From Vicugna vicugna (taxonomy: Eukaryota), in NCBI GenBank assembly GCA_013265495.1, contig MU058654.1, positions 124,001 through 188,000 of the forward strand: a DNA stretch of 64,000 nt. The letters run 5' to 3'. Made by a program: the position numbers and the translations under genes. Each line of letters starts with the position of its first letter. Position 1 is the stretch's first letter. The notes below the pieces were generated by a model, which was given only the letters and a program-made list of their open reading frames with translations, ran no database searches and was not told the DNA's origin. Shown piece by piece: positions 13,265-25,425 of this stretch.

Positions 13265-14370
13265 AATGCTTTGGCCTAACATTTCCACTTTGGATCATGT
13301 ATTTTACATTCCCACCATCAAAAGATAAGAATGATTACTTACCCACAGTCTTTCTAGCAGAGCAGATTGTCAAATTTTTAAAACTTTTTGCCAAGCTTAT
13401 GGGTAGAAAAAACAATAAGATCTTGATTTAGTTTTAATTTTCATTTTGTTTGAGCACCTTTCCATACGGTGAAGGGCTACTTAAATTTCTTATCCTGTGA
13501 ACTTTATGTTCATAACTCTCGTTCATTTTTTATGGGAGATTTGCCATGTTTCTATTTTTACAAGTTTTTTTTTTTTTTGTATTAGGGAGACGAACTCTTT
13601 CTGGGATAAAAATTGCAAATTTTCCATGTTATTTGTTATTTACCTTTTTATTTTGCTGATAGCTTTACTTGCATGTTTTGAAGTTCATATCTATATAATA
13701 TACACTGTAATATATATTTGTGTATCTAAGATAGATTGTATATGTGATAACATGCAAAATATAATAATATATGTTATATAATATTTAATACATATTGTAT
13801 ACATGTCACGTGTAAATATATGTGACGTGTAGAACATACATATATGAATGTATATATTAATCTCTTTCCTCATTGGTTCTGAAGTCATAGTTATGAAAAT
13901 TTCCCCATCTTCCATATTATAAAGTAATGCACAAATGTTTTCTTCAGGAGCATTATTCATGTAGAATTTATCCTGGCTTAAGTTCTGAGGAATACAGCTA
14001 ATTCTAAACCCAGATAACCCAAGACGTCTTCTGAAAAAAATCCTTGTTTTTTCCTATTTAATTTCAATGTCGCATTTTACTGTGCAATAAATTTCCATTT
14101 GCAATTAACTTTCTGTCTGAATTGTCTATGCTCTTACTTGGGTTGCCTATTAGTATAACAATCTCATACTAGTCCAATTATAAAGTGTGTATAATATGTT
14201 TGGATGCCTGAGAAGGCTTCTTCCCTTCCTTTTTTTATATATTTTTTTGCTTGTCAACTCTTTAACATAAATTTTACAACAGATCTATCACTAGAAAAAT
14301 ATGACATTTTTAATTGAGATGGGGTTAAATTTCTAACTTGTGAGGATCTGACATCTTTATGAATACCCTA
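13265..14370 (-). mobile_element. Old L1 ORF2 fragment with an internal AT-rich low-complexity patch (~13690-13860)
   Basis: TTTTACATTCCCACCA, GTTTTAATTTTCATT, GAGCACCTTT, TGACATCTTTATGA motifs. Confidence 0.6.
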
Positions 14371-14374
14371 CCCA

Positions 14375-14522
14375 ACGGGCACAAAGCTTCAGTTAAGCAA
14401 GATGAGTAATCTATAGACATCTGCTGTATGTCTCACCTGTAGTCAACAGTAATGTATTATACACTTAAAAGTTGTTGAGGGGAGATCACATGTGAACTGT
14501 TCATGCCAAATAAAATAAATAT
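14375..14522 (+). mobile_element. L1MA-like 3' terminal fragment
   Basis: GGGCACAAAGCTTCAGTTAAGCAAGATGAGTAA...GTATTATACACTTAAAA...AATAAAATAAAT. Confidence 0.7.
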
Positions 14523-15781
14523 TTAAACATATATATGCTTTTATATCTTTAGAAGTTTTTTGAAACTCTTTTTAATGTAGATTCTGAACATATAAACTGA
14601 AATGGTTTAAATGTAAGAATCAAATTGGAAACTTTTCTAATGGATAATAGGCTTGTTGATGGTGATCTAAAACTATAAATGCCTTTATAACATTCGCAAG
14701 ATTAGCTTCACCATCCACACACACATATAAAAGAAACAGGTAACCTCATGTGCAATTTTATCTTGTGACTGTATTATCTTAAAGTTTTGCTTCTTTTGTG
14801 AATTTGTGCATCTGCAAGCATTATTGGAACATAATTTAATAAACTCACTATATGTAATATCCTTAGGTATCTAATGAGTTTGCTAATTCCTTATTTGCTG
14901 AACAGTCTAAAATGCCTCTCTCTTGTGTAGCCAATTTGAAGGCTGTAAATCCATCAACCAGTACAAGCAAACTTACTTTTAAACTTGATTTAACTGAGGA
15001 GAGTGGAGAAAGCACCCTAAAAATGGATCTTCTAATAAGGTGCAATGTAAAACGGCATTGGTTTATATGCTGGCATCGTTAATTATCTTTCTTTAACAAT
15101 AGCAAATTGGTTGGAGAATCATAGATCTTCATTTATAAGACAGAGTGCTACAACAATATTATATGAAAAAGCATGATTTATTGAACTTGGGAATTTCAGT
15201 AAAGGGCTGAATGGCTTTCAAAATCCAGTAAGAACTGTCTCTTTGATGATCACACTTGATCTACTGGGAACTGTCACTGTTTCCTGCCAAGAAAATATGT
15301 AATATGACTTCTGCAAAACCTCCATGACTTCCTGTCCATCACTGAGCTTTGTGAATCACGTATTCCCACTCTCTCCTTGCAAATGTGTGTGAACCAGGAT
15401 GCTCCCCCGTATTTCCCAACTGGCTGCCTTGCGGAGCAAAATAAAGAAAGACTTAAACTTGACAATTGCCAATAATGAGCAATCATTACTCAAATTACTC
15501 CAAGCACTGATTAGGTTTAAAGTAATGAAGAAACCACCATAATCAATCATCATCAACCCAAAGGAAGTCAATCTGTGTGGAGAGACCCTACGAATTGGCA
15601 CAGGGCTCCACCTACAGGGTTCTGGGCGCAGAGGAACGGCGGGCCTGCTTCGGGGCACGTGCACCCCACGTTGTGGGCCACTTCTTTATGCTGGCAGCCC
15701 CACTGCCTGCCCAGAACTCTAAAAGGAGGAAAAATAATTCAAAGTCTTTTTTGAATGGGAGCCCTTTCCAAACAAACAGTC

Positions 15782-15998
15782 TTTTTTTTTTTAAGAAGAC
15801 TTTTTTTTTTAAATTGAGTTATAGTCAGTTTACACTTGTGTCAATTCCCAGTGTAGAGCACAATTTTTCAGTTATACATGAACATACATATATTCATTGT
15901 CGCCTTCTTTTTCGCTGTGAGCTACCACCAGATCTTGTATATATTTCCCTGTGCTATACAGTACAATCTTGTTTATCTATTCTACATATGCCTGTCAG
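15782..15998 (-). mobile_element. Short young L1 3'UTR fragment with polyA
   Basis: Visibly similar to the 3'UTR of the 5244-5930 element (CCAGTGTAGAGCACAATTTTTCAG, ATATTTCCCTGTGCTATACAGT); T-tracts at left. Confidence 0.85.
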
Positions 15999-18189
15999 AG
16001 AAACAATTTTAATGACACTTTTAAGTATAAGAATGAGTCAGTTTAAGAGACCAGGAAAAGGTCACATAAAAAAGGAAATTAAAGTTACCAAATACACCTA
16101 AAAATGTTGTGATCACAGATGGAAATATATATATATATATTATATTATATATATATATAATCTATATATGAGAATGTACACAATTTTGAATTTAGGCATT
16201 TGTTGGTCTGTTTGGAAGATAACTGGTTGTACTGTGTCCAGTAATATTTCACTAAGCAGATATTATTCAAAGGAGAAATCAACTGATTAACTGATTTAAA
16301 TACGTATGTGCATGTGAGTGTGTGTTTAGTTATGGTCTGATCTATAATATGTTATGAAAATATGATATAAATATGTGCAATCTTTTTCTAGTTTTTTTCC
16401 ATATTAAATTGGTTAGAGAAGTAATAGAAAAGCAGGGAGTTTCAAAAAGATGGATTATATTTTTACATATTCTTGAAATTACGTACAAAAGTTTTATGCT
16501 GATGATGCTCATAATTGAACCAGAATGCCACAGACTGCTTCTTAGAGCGAGGTTCTCAGAGACCATAACAGAACCAGTCTTTTTATATGAAACTTTCTAC
16601 ATTATCCTTATTTAAAATGTAGGTGAACCATCCATCTTTGACAACAATAATAAATTATTTCCATGGAAACCCATGGATAGAACCAAGTAGATGTCATCTC
16701 AGCATAGCAACAGAGGGGACTACAGAGGAAGTCCCTTGTCAATGTTTTGGTCAAGAAACGGCACCGTACACATTTTAAAACTAAATTACCATGACCGTGA
16801 CTGAGGGTTATCAGGCTGTTAGAAAATAAATTGTCAGAGGAGAGGTAAAAATTACCTTTTTGGCAAAATGAGAAATAAGAAGGATGGGAAAGAAAATATC
16901 ACTTACATGGAGTTTGCACACAAGGACCAGAAGCTGATTTGGGTTCTTAACAATAGATTAATAATAAAAACTAATATAACCCTTTGTCAAAATGTCAAAC
17001 CCCAATGAGGAGTCTGTGCTGAAAGAGGATGCGAAGACATAGATTCAATTTCCATTTAAAGCAATCGGCAATAACCTTGTGTCAACAATTGTTCCATCAT
17101 TCTCTTGGGTGATTTTGTTAATCTTGAATCTCAGAATAGTGTGCTATTTGGTAGATCCATTCTTGTTTATTTTCTCTCTATTGAATTAAGTAGCCGTACT
17201 CTTAGTTGGACAATCGCCAGCTTATGGTCAAATTCCAGTTACTTAAAATATTTATAACCACAACATTTATAGCAGCTATCCACACACGTTCTTTTTCAGG
17301 TATAAACTATATTATCTTTCAAGTTCAGTTTGGAATTGCTAAATCCCAAAAGAAATTGTTAATATATGTTAATAAGTCTGTGTTGAGGCTACCAAAAGGC
17401 ATAGGTCAGGAAAAGAACTATTTAATAAATTCACTCACTTCTCCCTATTGCTTAGACTAACCAAGTATTTGAATAACAGGGAATAGCAGGTCAGTGAGAA
17501 AAGATGAGTCACATTCAACACAAAATTGGAGTTGATGTAACAATAATAGTAATCATCATAAAATGATGACAATGACACTGACCCCAGTATTACACACACT
17601 GGTCACACTTCCTGGTACTTTGCATACAGTATCTCATTTAATCTTCAGAGGACCTATTCTCTGTGTTTTCTTGGCCAAGGTAGGACTTAGATTCAAATGC
17701 AACCAACAGAATAAAATGCTCTCTTATATGTTGTTTGGACCTAGCAGAATTGTGAGGAGTCACTTTTGGGATTTGCACACTTCTCATGTGTCCAGCACCA
17801 CTGATGAGTGAAGTTGGTCAGGGAACCCACGCCCAGCCCTCTATGACAACCTGAAGAATGACCATCAGACCGACTTCTCTCTTTTAAGTGGGTACTGGAA
17901 ATTCTAATAACCCAGGGGATTTTACCTTCCTGGGGGGCAGTCACACACTTTATTCACTCTTACAACTGAGAGTTAACCCAAGCTTGGGTGAAATCGTGAA
18001 GAGATAGCACAAGTGCAGATCCACGTGGGAAAGGAACAGACTGGGTCAGAGAGAGAAATAAACCTACACAGTCAATCTCGACATTATTCTTTCCTCAAAT
18101 ATAATAAAAACATATGAAATCCCATAGCATCATAACATAAAATATTAATAATTTTATATAAATTTGGTTACAGTTTCACTACCAGATTC

Positions 18190-18284
18190 CTTTTTTATTT
18201 TGTATTTCATTTTTTAATTGAAGTATAGTTGATTTAGAATGTTGTGTTAGTTTCTGGTGTACAGCATAGCAATTCAGTTATATA

Positions 18285-18315
<31 letters not shown>

Positions 18316-18617
18316 TCCTTTTCGTTTTCTGTTTCAATATAGGTTATTATAAGATATTTCAACCTAAATGTCCATCGACAGATGATTGGATAAAGAAGAT
18401 GTTGTATATACATATACAACGGAACATTATTCAACCATAAAAAGAATAAAATAACGCCATTTGCAGCAACATGGATGGACCTAGAGATCGTCATTGTAAG
18501 TGAAGTAAGCCAGAAAGAGAAAGAAAAATATCACGTGATATCATTCATATGTGGAATCTAAAAAAAAAAAAAGACACAAATGAATTTATTTATGAAACAG
18601 AAACAGATTCACATAGA
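18190..18617 (-). mobile_element. L1 3' end with 5' inversion (twin-priming structure)
   Basis: 18190-18359 is the terminal 3'UTR and tail on the minus strand; 18360-18617 is the ORF2 C-terminus and early 3'UTR on the plus strand (CAACCTAAATGTCCATCGACAGATG...GTGGAATCTAAAA). Confidence 0.85.
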
Positions 18618-19584
18618 TTACATAAATTCTTTTAACAAGATCAGCAGTTCAGAGGATGCAATAAAACAGCAAACATGACAGTTGCCAAGATCACAGCAGG
18701 CTTTTTAAGGGGAGCTTCCTCTAGCAGAGGCCCCATGTGGCCAAACGATGTGTGTCCTTCTTCTGCGCAATTTTTCTCCTGTCATAATGCTGATATGTTG
18801 TACTCCTCGATCTGCTGTATTAGTGCCACCAACTCCTAGTGACACTTGGACCTGCCATATAATTTTATATCTATATTAACTGCATCAATCTAAGATATAA
18901 ATACAGTTTAACACTGTTGAGAACTAAACTTTAAAATTCCCTAACAAGTCAAGTCTCCAAAGAGAGATGAAAAAGTAATTCACTACCGTTTAGCAATAGT
19001 AGAAAGTTAAAAAAAAATCATCTACTGTAAAATGCCTTAAATATAAATTTCATGTTTTGAAACATTCCTTTCAAAAATAATCCCCAATTCCATTTGCATG
19101 TAGAAAGCTCAGACAAATGAACAGGATAAAAGCCAGTGACAGCCACCCACCATAAAATAAAGGGTCAGGTACATGGAAAGGGGACCTAACAGAAGCAGCT
19201 ATTAAAGCCAAAATTGCTTGGAACCATTAATGAAGGAAATAAATATAAACTAAAGCCTCAATAAGATAGCTTATTTGTGTGTGTTTGTTTCAACTAACAT
19301 ATTACTGAACATTTAAATACAAGAACGTTCAATGTCAATAGAGTACATTTTAGCAAGTACAGATTTTTTCAAAAGCAGTTTGGCTGATCTATTAAAAATT
19401 TTTAAATGCTCATATTCTCTTTTTCATTAACTCCATTTCTAAGGATTAACCCGCATAAAAATATTATAAATGAGAGCAAACTTTACTACAGAGAGGTTCA
19501 TGAGGAATTATTTTAATAGTGAAAAACTAGGAAAAAAACAGTTGGCAATAATTATTACTGTAGGTTAATGTAGTAAAAATAACT

Positions 19585-19835
19585 ATCACTTATTTATTAA
19601 ATGATTGTTAGGTGCCTGCAAATGTGCCAAATTGTTTACTTATGTGGTCTCTAACCTCTTAAAAACTCTGTGAGGTAGATACAAAAATTTCCCCCATTTT
19701 ATAGGTGAGGATGTGGAGCTCAAAGAAACTATGTGACGTTCCCAAAATATTCAGGAAATAAATGGCTGGTTAAGGATTCAAACCAAACTCCGCTTAATCC
19801 AGACCCCATGTTCTGACCAGTACACTCTACTGCCT
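19585..19835 (-). mobile_element. MIR SINE
   Basis: CTCTGTGAGGTAG...CCCATTTTATAGGTGAGGA...GGATTCAAACC. Confidence 0.8.
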
Positions 19836-20272
19836 GCCATAGAGTGGAACGGTATTTTTTAAATTGAAGTTATCATTATAACAAAGCCTTTAATGACCTG
19901 TTGAGAGCATGACAGAGCAGCGAGTTACAAAATACTACATGACGTATTCATAGAAGCAGTGGTCATTGAACACATATTAGCTTCAAGGCATTTGTAACCT
20001 GAGTTGTGAAAGTCAATGATCTCAACTATTAACAGAAAATCTGGAAGGAGACCAGAAAACGTGTTAGTAATCATTTTTTTTGGTGGGGGGAGATAGCAAA
20101 AATAACGGTACCTTTTATATTCTTTCTGAGTCTTTTCTATATTGTCCAAGGGTGTGTAAAATGAGAAATGCTTTGCGGAGTCCCAAGGAGTGTGCTTCCA
20201 CTACTGCTGTGTCTCGGTCCCTTGGTTGGCTGAGTAGTTAAGGACGGAGAAATTCTTATTAAACTCGATTAC

Positions 20273-20540
20273 TTATGGTTACGAGAGGGGAAGGGATAAA
20301 TTGGGAGTTTGAGATTTGCAGATGCTAACTACTATATGTAGGAGAGATAAACAGAAAGTTTCTACTCTATAGCACAGGAAACTATAGTCAGTATCTTGTG
20401 GTCATCCACAGTGAAAAAGAATATGAAAAGGAATATATGTATGTATATGTATGACTGAAACATTGCAGAGTACACCAGAAATTGACACATTGTAAACTAG
20501 ACTTCAATAAATAAAATTAAAAGCAAAAGGAAAAAAAAAC
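20273..20540 (+). mobile_element. Short L1 3'UTR insertion with TSD
   Basis: GGGATAAATTGGGAGTTTGAGATTTGCAGAT...CTTCAATAAA and A tail; TSD AAACTCGATTAC (20261-20272) / AAACTGGATTAC (20537-20548), preceded by TT (TT/AAA site). Confidence 0.9.
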
Positions 20541-21329
20541 TGGATTACACACCAAGTTTATTTTTTGTTTAGATATAGATGCCTAATTATTTTTTTTGAC
20601 CACCAGTAACAGGATCATCCCTTTTAAACACTCTGACTTATCCATGCGGGTTCCTCTCCCTTGACTGTTCCCTTCACACGTTCACTTGAAAAAGACAATG
20701 AGCTCCTGTTTGAAACTAACCAAAGCCTTTCCACACCAACCTCCAGGAAAACAAGAATTCCAAGTTAGTGAAACTTAATAAATGTGCAAATACACATCGA
20801 ATTCACTTGTTTTTACATACTTAAAACAGTGCATTGATCTGTACGTTCCCTATTCCCAACATAGAAACCAGAGATAGTCTTGCACATCTTAGATCAGTTT
20901 ACTTATGCCATTAAAATTCTATCATGATATGTAATTTCTCTACCTGCCAAAAGCCAAATGTGTGATAGTCTAAAAGACTGATCTGGCCCACTCCTTTCCC
21001 CCGGGGCCACCCCAACCTCCTGAGCTCACCTCCTTCCCTGAGTTCCCCGTTGCCCCCTCCCCAGCTTCACTCCCCTCTACTCTCACCCTATATCAAGCTA
21101 TTCCCTCTTTCTGCAATGTTTTTCTCTTTGTCCTTCTCCCTCCGTTTATCTATTGGAGAATCAGTTCACATCCCAGCTTTTCAGAAGTCTTTCCAACTCT
21201 CCCAGTTGGAATTGGTCCTTTCTTCTGCCTCTGCCAGTTTCCCCCAACACACTAAGTCCACTCCTGGATAAAGTCTTCATCTGCCTGCATTCATGCTAGT
21301 TTTCCAGCTTGGGGAACTTCTCCAAGCTT

Positions 21330-21655
21330 CCATGAGACCTAAGTACCTTAACAACCATATTTAAATCTGCCATCCACCCCACTCTACTCTGCCCTCCTCA
21401 TCCCCCAAGCACACTCTATGATTTTTTTCTTTTTTTTAATACTAATAACTTTGCAACATTACATATTTAACTCATTCATACCTTTTCCTGTTTATTGTTT
21501 ATCTCCCACCATTAGAAGGTAAGCTCCTGGTGGGTAGACATTCTTTTCTCTCTGTAGTTAACTGATACATGTATCAGAAGTCCAAATAGCAATGTGCATC
21601 AGAACCATCTCTGGCACATCATAAGTACTCACTACATATTGGTTGCATAAATGCA
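21330..21655 (+). mobile_element. L2 3' end
   Basis: CCATTAGAAGGTAAGCTCCTG...CTGGCACATCATAAGTACTCA. Confidence 0.65.
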
Positions 21656-22591
21656 CATCACTGGTGATTGAGACATAAGTGAAAGTGTATGCGGGCTGCC
21701 TAGTCTAATGTCTATGTCATATCCAAGTCCAATACCAGTTCTTGCCAGTAACTTCAAAGCTATATAGCCCTATTATGGCCCACCTATTTTTAAAGAAAAT
21801 AAATAAATATCTACACCCTTAATCCCATGCTCACAAGTTATCTGTGAAGTACTTGTGGCAGTTCATTTACAGTGTGTTTCTTAAAATGCACATTTCCATC
21901 TTATATAAACTTCTTGGAAGACCAGATTTTAAAGAAGCTGTCTGAGTTTCTTACCTTAGCCCAAAATATAGTCTTTAGTCCACCCCTCATCCCACTCTTA
22001 CAGATATTTCTCTTTTTCTAAGCTCTGATCCATTTTAGAAAAAATTATCATCATAGTAAAGGACTCTTCATCCACCTGCCCATTGCCGATTAATGATGCC
22101 TCATTAGACAAATCGCTTGGAACGCTGATGAGGTTTTCCTGACCACAAAGGCCAGCCCAATCGATCGTGTGCCCACCTGTGGCTCTTGAGTGAATAGCCA
22201 AAGGTTAGCCCAGTTCTTGGGGGCCTCCATCATGTCAGCAAAAATTAGCAAGAAGGTGACCGAGTTGTCAATAGAGCACAGAGACAATTAGTTAATGATT
22301 AGGGAGCCAGCAGTTGGGGAATTGATAACAAAATGAGGCATCTTGGGTACATTTGCATCCACTTAGAAACTCCAAGGCACAGTAAAAAGTATAATACCAC
22401 AGAGAGAAAAATGATGTGCTTTGAAACCAAATTAAACAGGAGAACTTAATCATGACAGGAAATTTGCACAACTTAGTAGAAGGTTGTGGCTATGTCAGAA
22501 TAACATAGTAACACTGATCAGATAGATGAATTATTAACCCCAGCGGTGCTATTTCCCGTACCTTTACATAAGACATTCCTTCTGAATTTGG

Positions 22592-22830
22592 ATTCATTCA
22601 TTCATTCATTCATTTATCATGTATTTATTGATGAGCCATTATTGGCCATGATTTACCTTCTAGGCATCAGGAAGAAAAAAGGTCAAGTGAGACAGGCTTG
22701 GTCCCTGCCCTTAGAGAGATGAAATTCTGGTAAGGAAGTCAGAGTTTAAAAAGAAGCAACTAAAATACTTAACTGTTGTGTGATGAAACATACTGAGTAT
22801 ATCCCGGGATGGTTGGAAGAGAGAGGCTCT
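22592..22830 (-). mobile_element. L2 3' end with (ATTC)n tail
   Basis: ATTCATTCATTC...GTATTTATTGA...GTCCCTGCCCTTAGAGAG. Confidence 0.65.
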
Positions 22831-24334
22831 ATAGACATTTAGGAAAAAAGACTCACGGTAGAAATTTAAACTCTATATTTTAATGTATTTTTCCCCTTAG
22901 AACGTGGAAGTTCTTGGGTGTCCCTCACGGGGCATTTCCAACAGAACAGCAACTAGAGGGAAGCGGATGGGACTTGAGCTGTTGGAAGTGTCACAAGTGG
23001 GCAAGTTAGTCAGCTTGGCTTTATCTTGCATTATTTAAAATTCTGTGGTGGCTTTAGCCTAAGGGTGTATCTACAGTCACTGAAAATGACGGGGGTGTCT
23101 GAGGTCATTTTTCTGACAGTTTGCAAATCACTTGAACCTGCTGTTCTCATTGAAACAGCAGCAGTGGGAAATCGTGCGAATTCAAAGTAACGCTGCATGC
23201 GTGACAGGCAAAGATGTTCAAATGTTGGAAGGATCGCGCCAAGTAGAGATGCCACGGCGCCCCGTGTCACCTTGGACAAAAGGCTTCTATCCCACACCAG
23301 ACGTTGGGTAAATTGTCAGGCAATTCAAATCACGAAGTCACAGGGACAAAGAATCCTGGTGCTAGAAAGAGTTGTCTTGAAATCAGCGACTCTCTCATCA
23401 CTTCACAGTGAAGTCCCCAAGGCCAAGGTCTTTGGGGGAAGGTTCAGCCTAGAACCCACTGCTGTGAACTCCAGGCTTGATCAGATCCTATCCGGAGAGT
23501 CAAAGGCCAGATACTATAATGCCAAAGAAGATGCAATTTCAAAGTTTCCAGCTAAATGCAAACCTGTTACATCCATACACTTGAGTATAAGTAAGTGCGT
23601 TTCAAACCAACATTGTTCCTCTAACTCACATGACCCAAACCCCTAAGTAAAATATATTCCTGCCAAGTTTATTTTCACTTCTTTTCTATACAGGCCCACT
23701 TATACACAGTTAAATCAGTTATCCAGCCAATTCTGTTCCATAAGAAAGCAGAAGGCTGATTCAGCTGGTGGTCTGTATCTGCTAATTGGATCCTTAGTGC
23801 AAAGAGACATCTTACTTTTTCTAAATTCTTTGCTTTTTACTTTTCACTTGGAAGAAATATGTGAAAAGGTGATGTTTGTTTATTACAATCTCAATTCACT
23901 CTCCTAAGAATAAAGCCCTTCATAATTATTATAAAGTTGGTATCTCTAGATGTGAATGTATAATGATGCCTCTTCACTATTGTCTACGTTTCTCAGCTAA
24001 AAAAGCCAATATAGGAACAAATAAAGCCATCAACTCCTTGGATCATTAATAAAGCTTATAATTTCATTTGGATTCTTTCTATACAATGCCAAATCAACCG
24101 ATTCGTTCAATCTTTCACTCCATTTAGTCCACTGAATCAAGGAATAATTTGGTTTTGTGGAGATAAACTATACTTCTCTTTGAAACGAATATTTGTTATA
24201 ATTCCATTGAAAATTTTGATTCCATTCCAGTGGTGATACAGAAGGTGGGAGGGAAATACATAGCCTTGGAGTTTTCCATCTTATCTGTTCTCCATTTTTT
24301 CATAATAATTTTTACAAACTGTTTAAAAAATCTG

Positions 24335-25150
24335 TTTCTAGTTGAGCATATGACCACACAGATATAGACTACATTTCCCAGGAGTTATATGTATATATGT
24401 GTGTGTGTGTGTGTGTGTGTATGTGCGTGTGTGTATGTGTGTGTATGTATATATATATAAACATTTACTATGCAGGACTGGCTTACACAATTATGGAAGC
24501 TGAGACATCTCAAGCTCTGATGGTGTCTGCAAACTGAAAACCCGGGAAAGCAGGTGGAAGGGTTACAGTCTCATCTGAGGTTCTCAGAACTGGCAAGCCG
24601 ATGGTGTTAGTCCCGGTCCAAGGGCAGGAGAAGACTTAGGAGAAAACAGAAAGAGCACACCCTCCCTTCCTCTGCCTTTTTGTTCTATTCAGGCCCTCAG
24701 AGGACGGGAAGAGGTCCACCTACCTTCGGAAGGCGATCTACTGTATTCGGTCCACTGATTCAAATGCTAATCTCACCGTGAAGCACCCTCAGAATGCATC
24801 CTGAAATGCTGTTTAACCAATATTTAGACACCCCATGGCCAGATCAAGTGGACACAGAATAACCATCCCAGCAGCTTGTTAGTGAAAGTCCTGTCCAGTG
24901 AGATTGAAGTTGGAGGCACTAACACGCATTCTTGAATTGAAGTCATGTCGTCACCTCCACCCCTTCCTCCCAGTACTATCATGATGGATGAAGGCGGAGA
25001 GCTCTGCTGAATCATGCTTTGGTAACCACAGAACCACCATGATCACCCTGGATTTGCCTACCTTTTCAAGAGGAAAATTAAACTGTCTGGTTTTAAGACA
25101 CTGTTATTTTGGGTTTTCGGTCACTTGTAGTTGAGTCTAATATTAACTCT
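24335..25150 (+). mobile_element. MLT1-type MaLR LTR interrupted by an MLT2 LTR
   Basis: GACTACATTTCCCAG at left resumes as GCAGCTTG at 24871; 3' part TTTAAGACACTGTTATTTTGGGTTTTC...TAACT. Confidence 0.6.
24382..24870 (-). mobile_element. MLT2 (ERVL) LTR with (GT)n tract
   Basis: TGGCTTACACAATTATGGAAGCTGAG...CCACTGATTCAAATGCTAATCTC...CAAGTGGACACAGAATAACCATCCCA. Confidence 0.8.
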
Positions 25151-25269
25151 TTTATGATGGAAAAAGAAAGAGAAAATGGCAGGAGAGAAAATATATGAAT
25201 GTGTATTGGCCATTTACTATTGCTTTAAATGGGTTATTGGCATTAATAACCATAGTAAATGATAGAATA

Positions 25270-25425
25270 GCTATCGTGATCCTTATTTTAAGAAGGAAAA
25301 GGCTGACACTCAGAAAGGTTAAATCTCTTTCCTGAATTCATATAACTAGGATATGACAGAGCTTGGTTTTCGCTAGGTACACTGACTCCAAAGCACGCTT
25401 TATTTCCTCTGGATGGTTTAGCACT
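25270..25425 (-). mobile_element. MIR SINE
   Basis: GGCTGACACTCAGAAAGGTTAAAT...CTGACTCCAAAGC. Confidence 0.6.

Noticed and set aside
15577..16101. 174-aa ORF
   Set aside because: Runs through T-tracts and an antisense L1 3'UTR; chimeric chance frame.
23197..23646. 149-aa ORF
   Set aside because: No recognisable homology or supporting gene structure.
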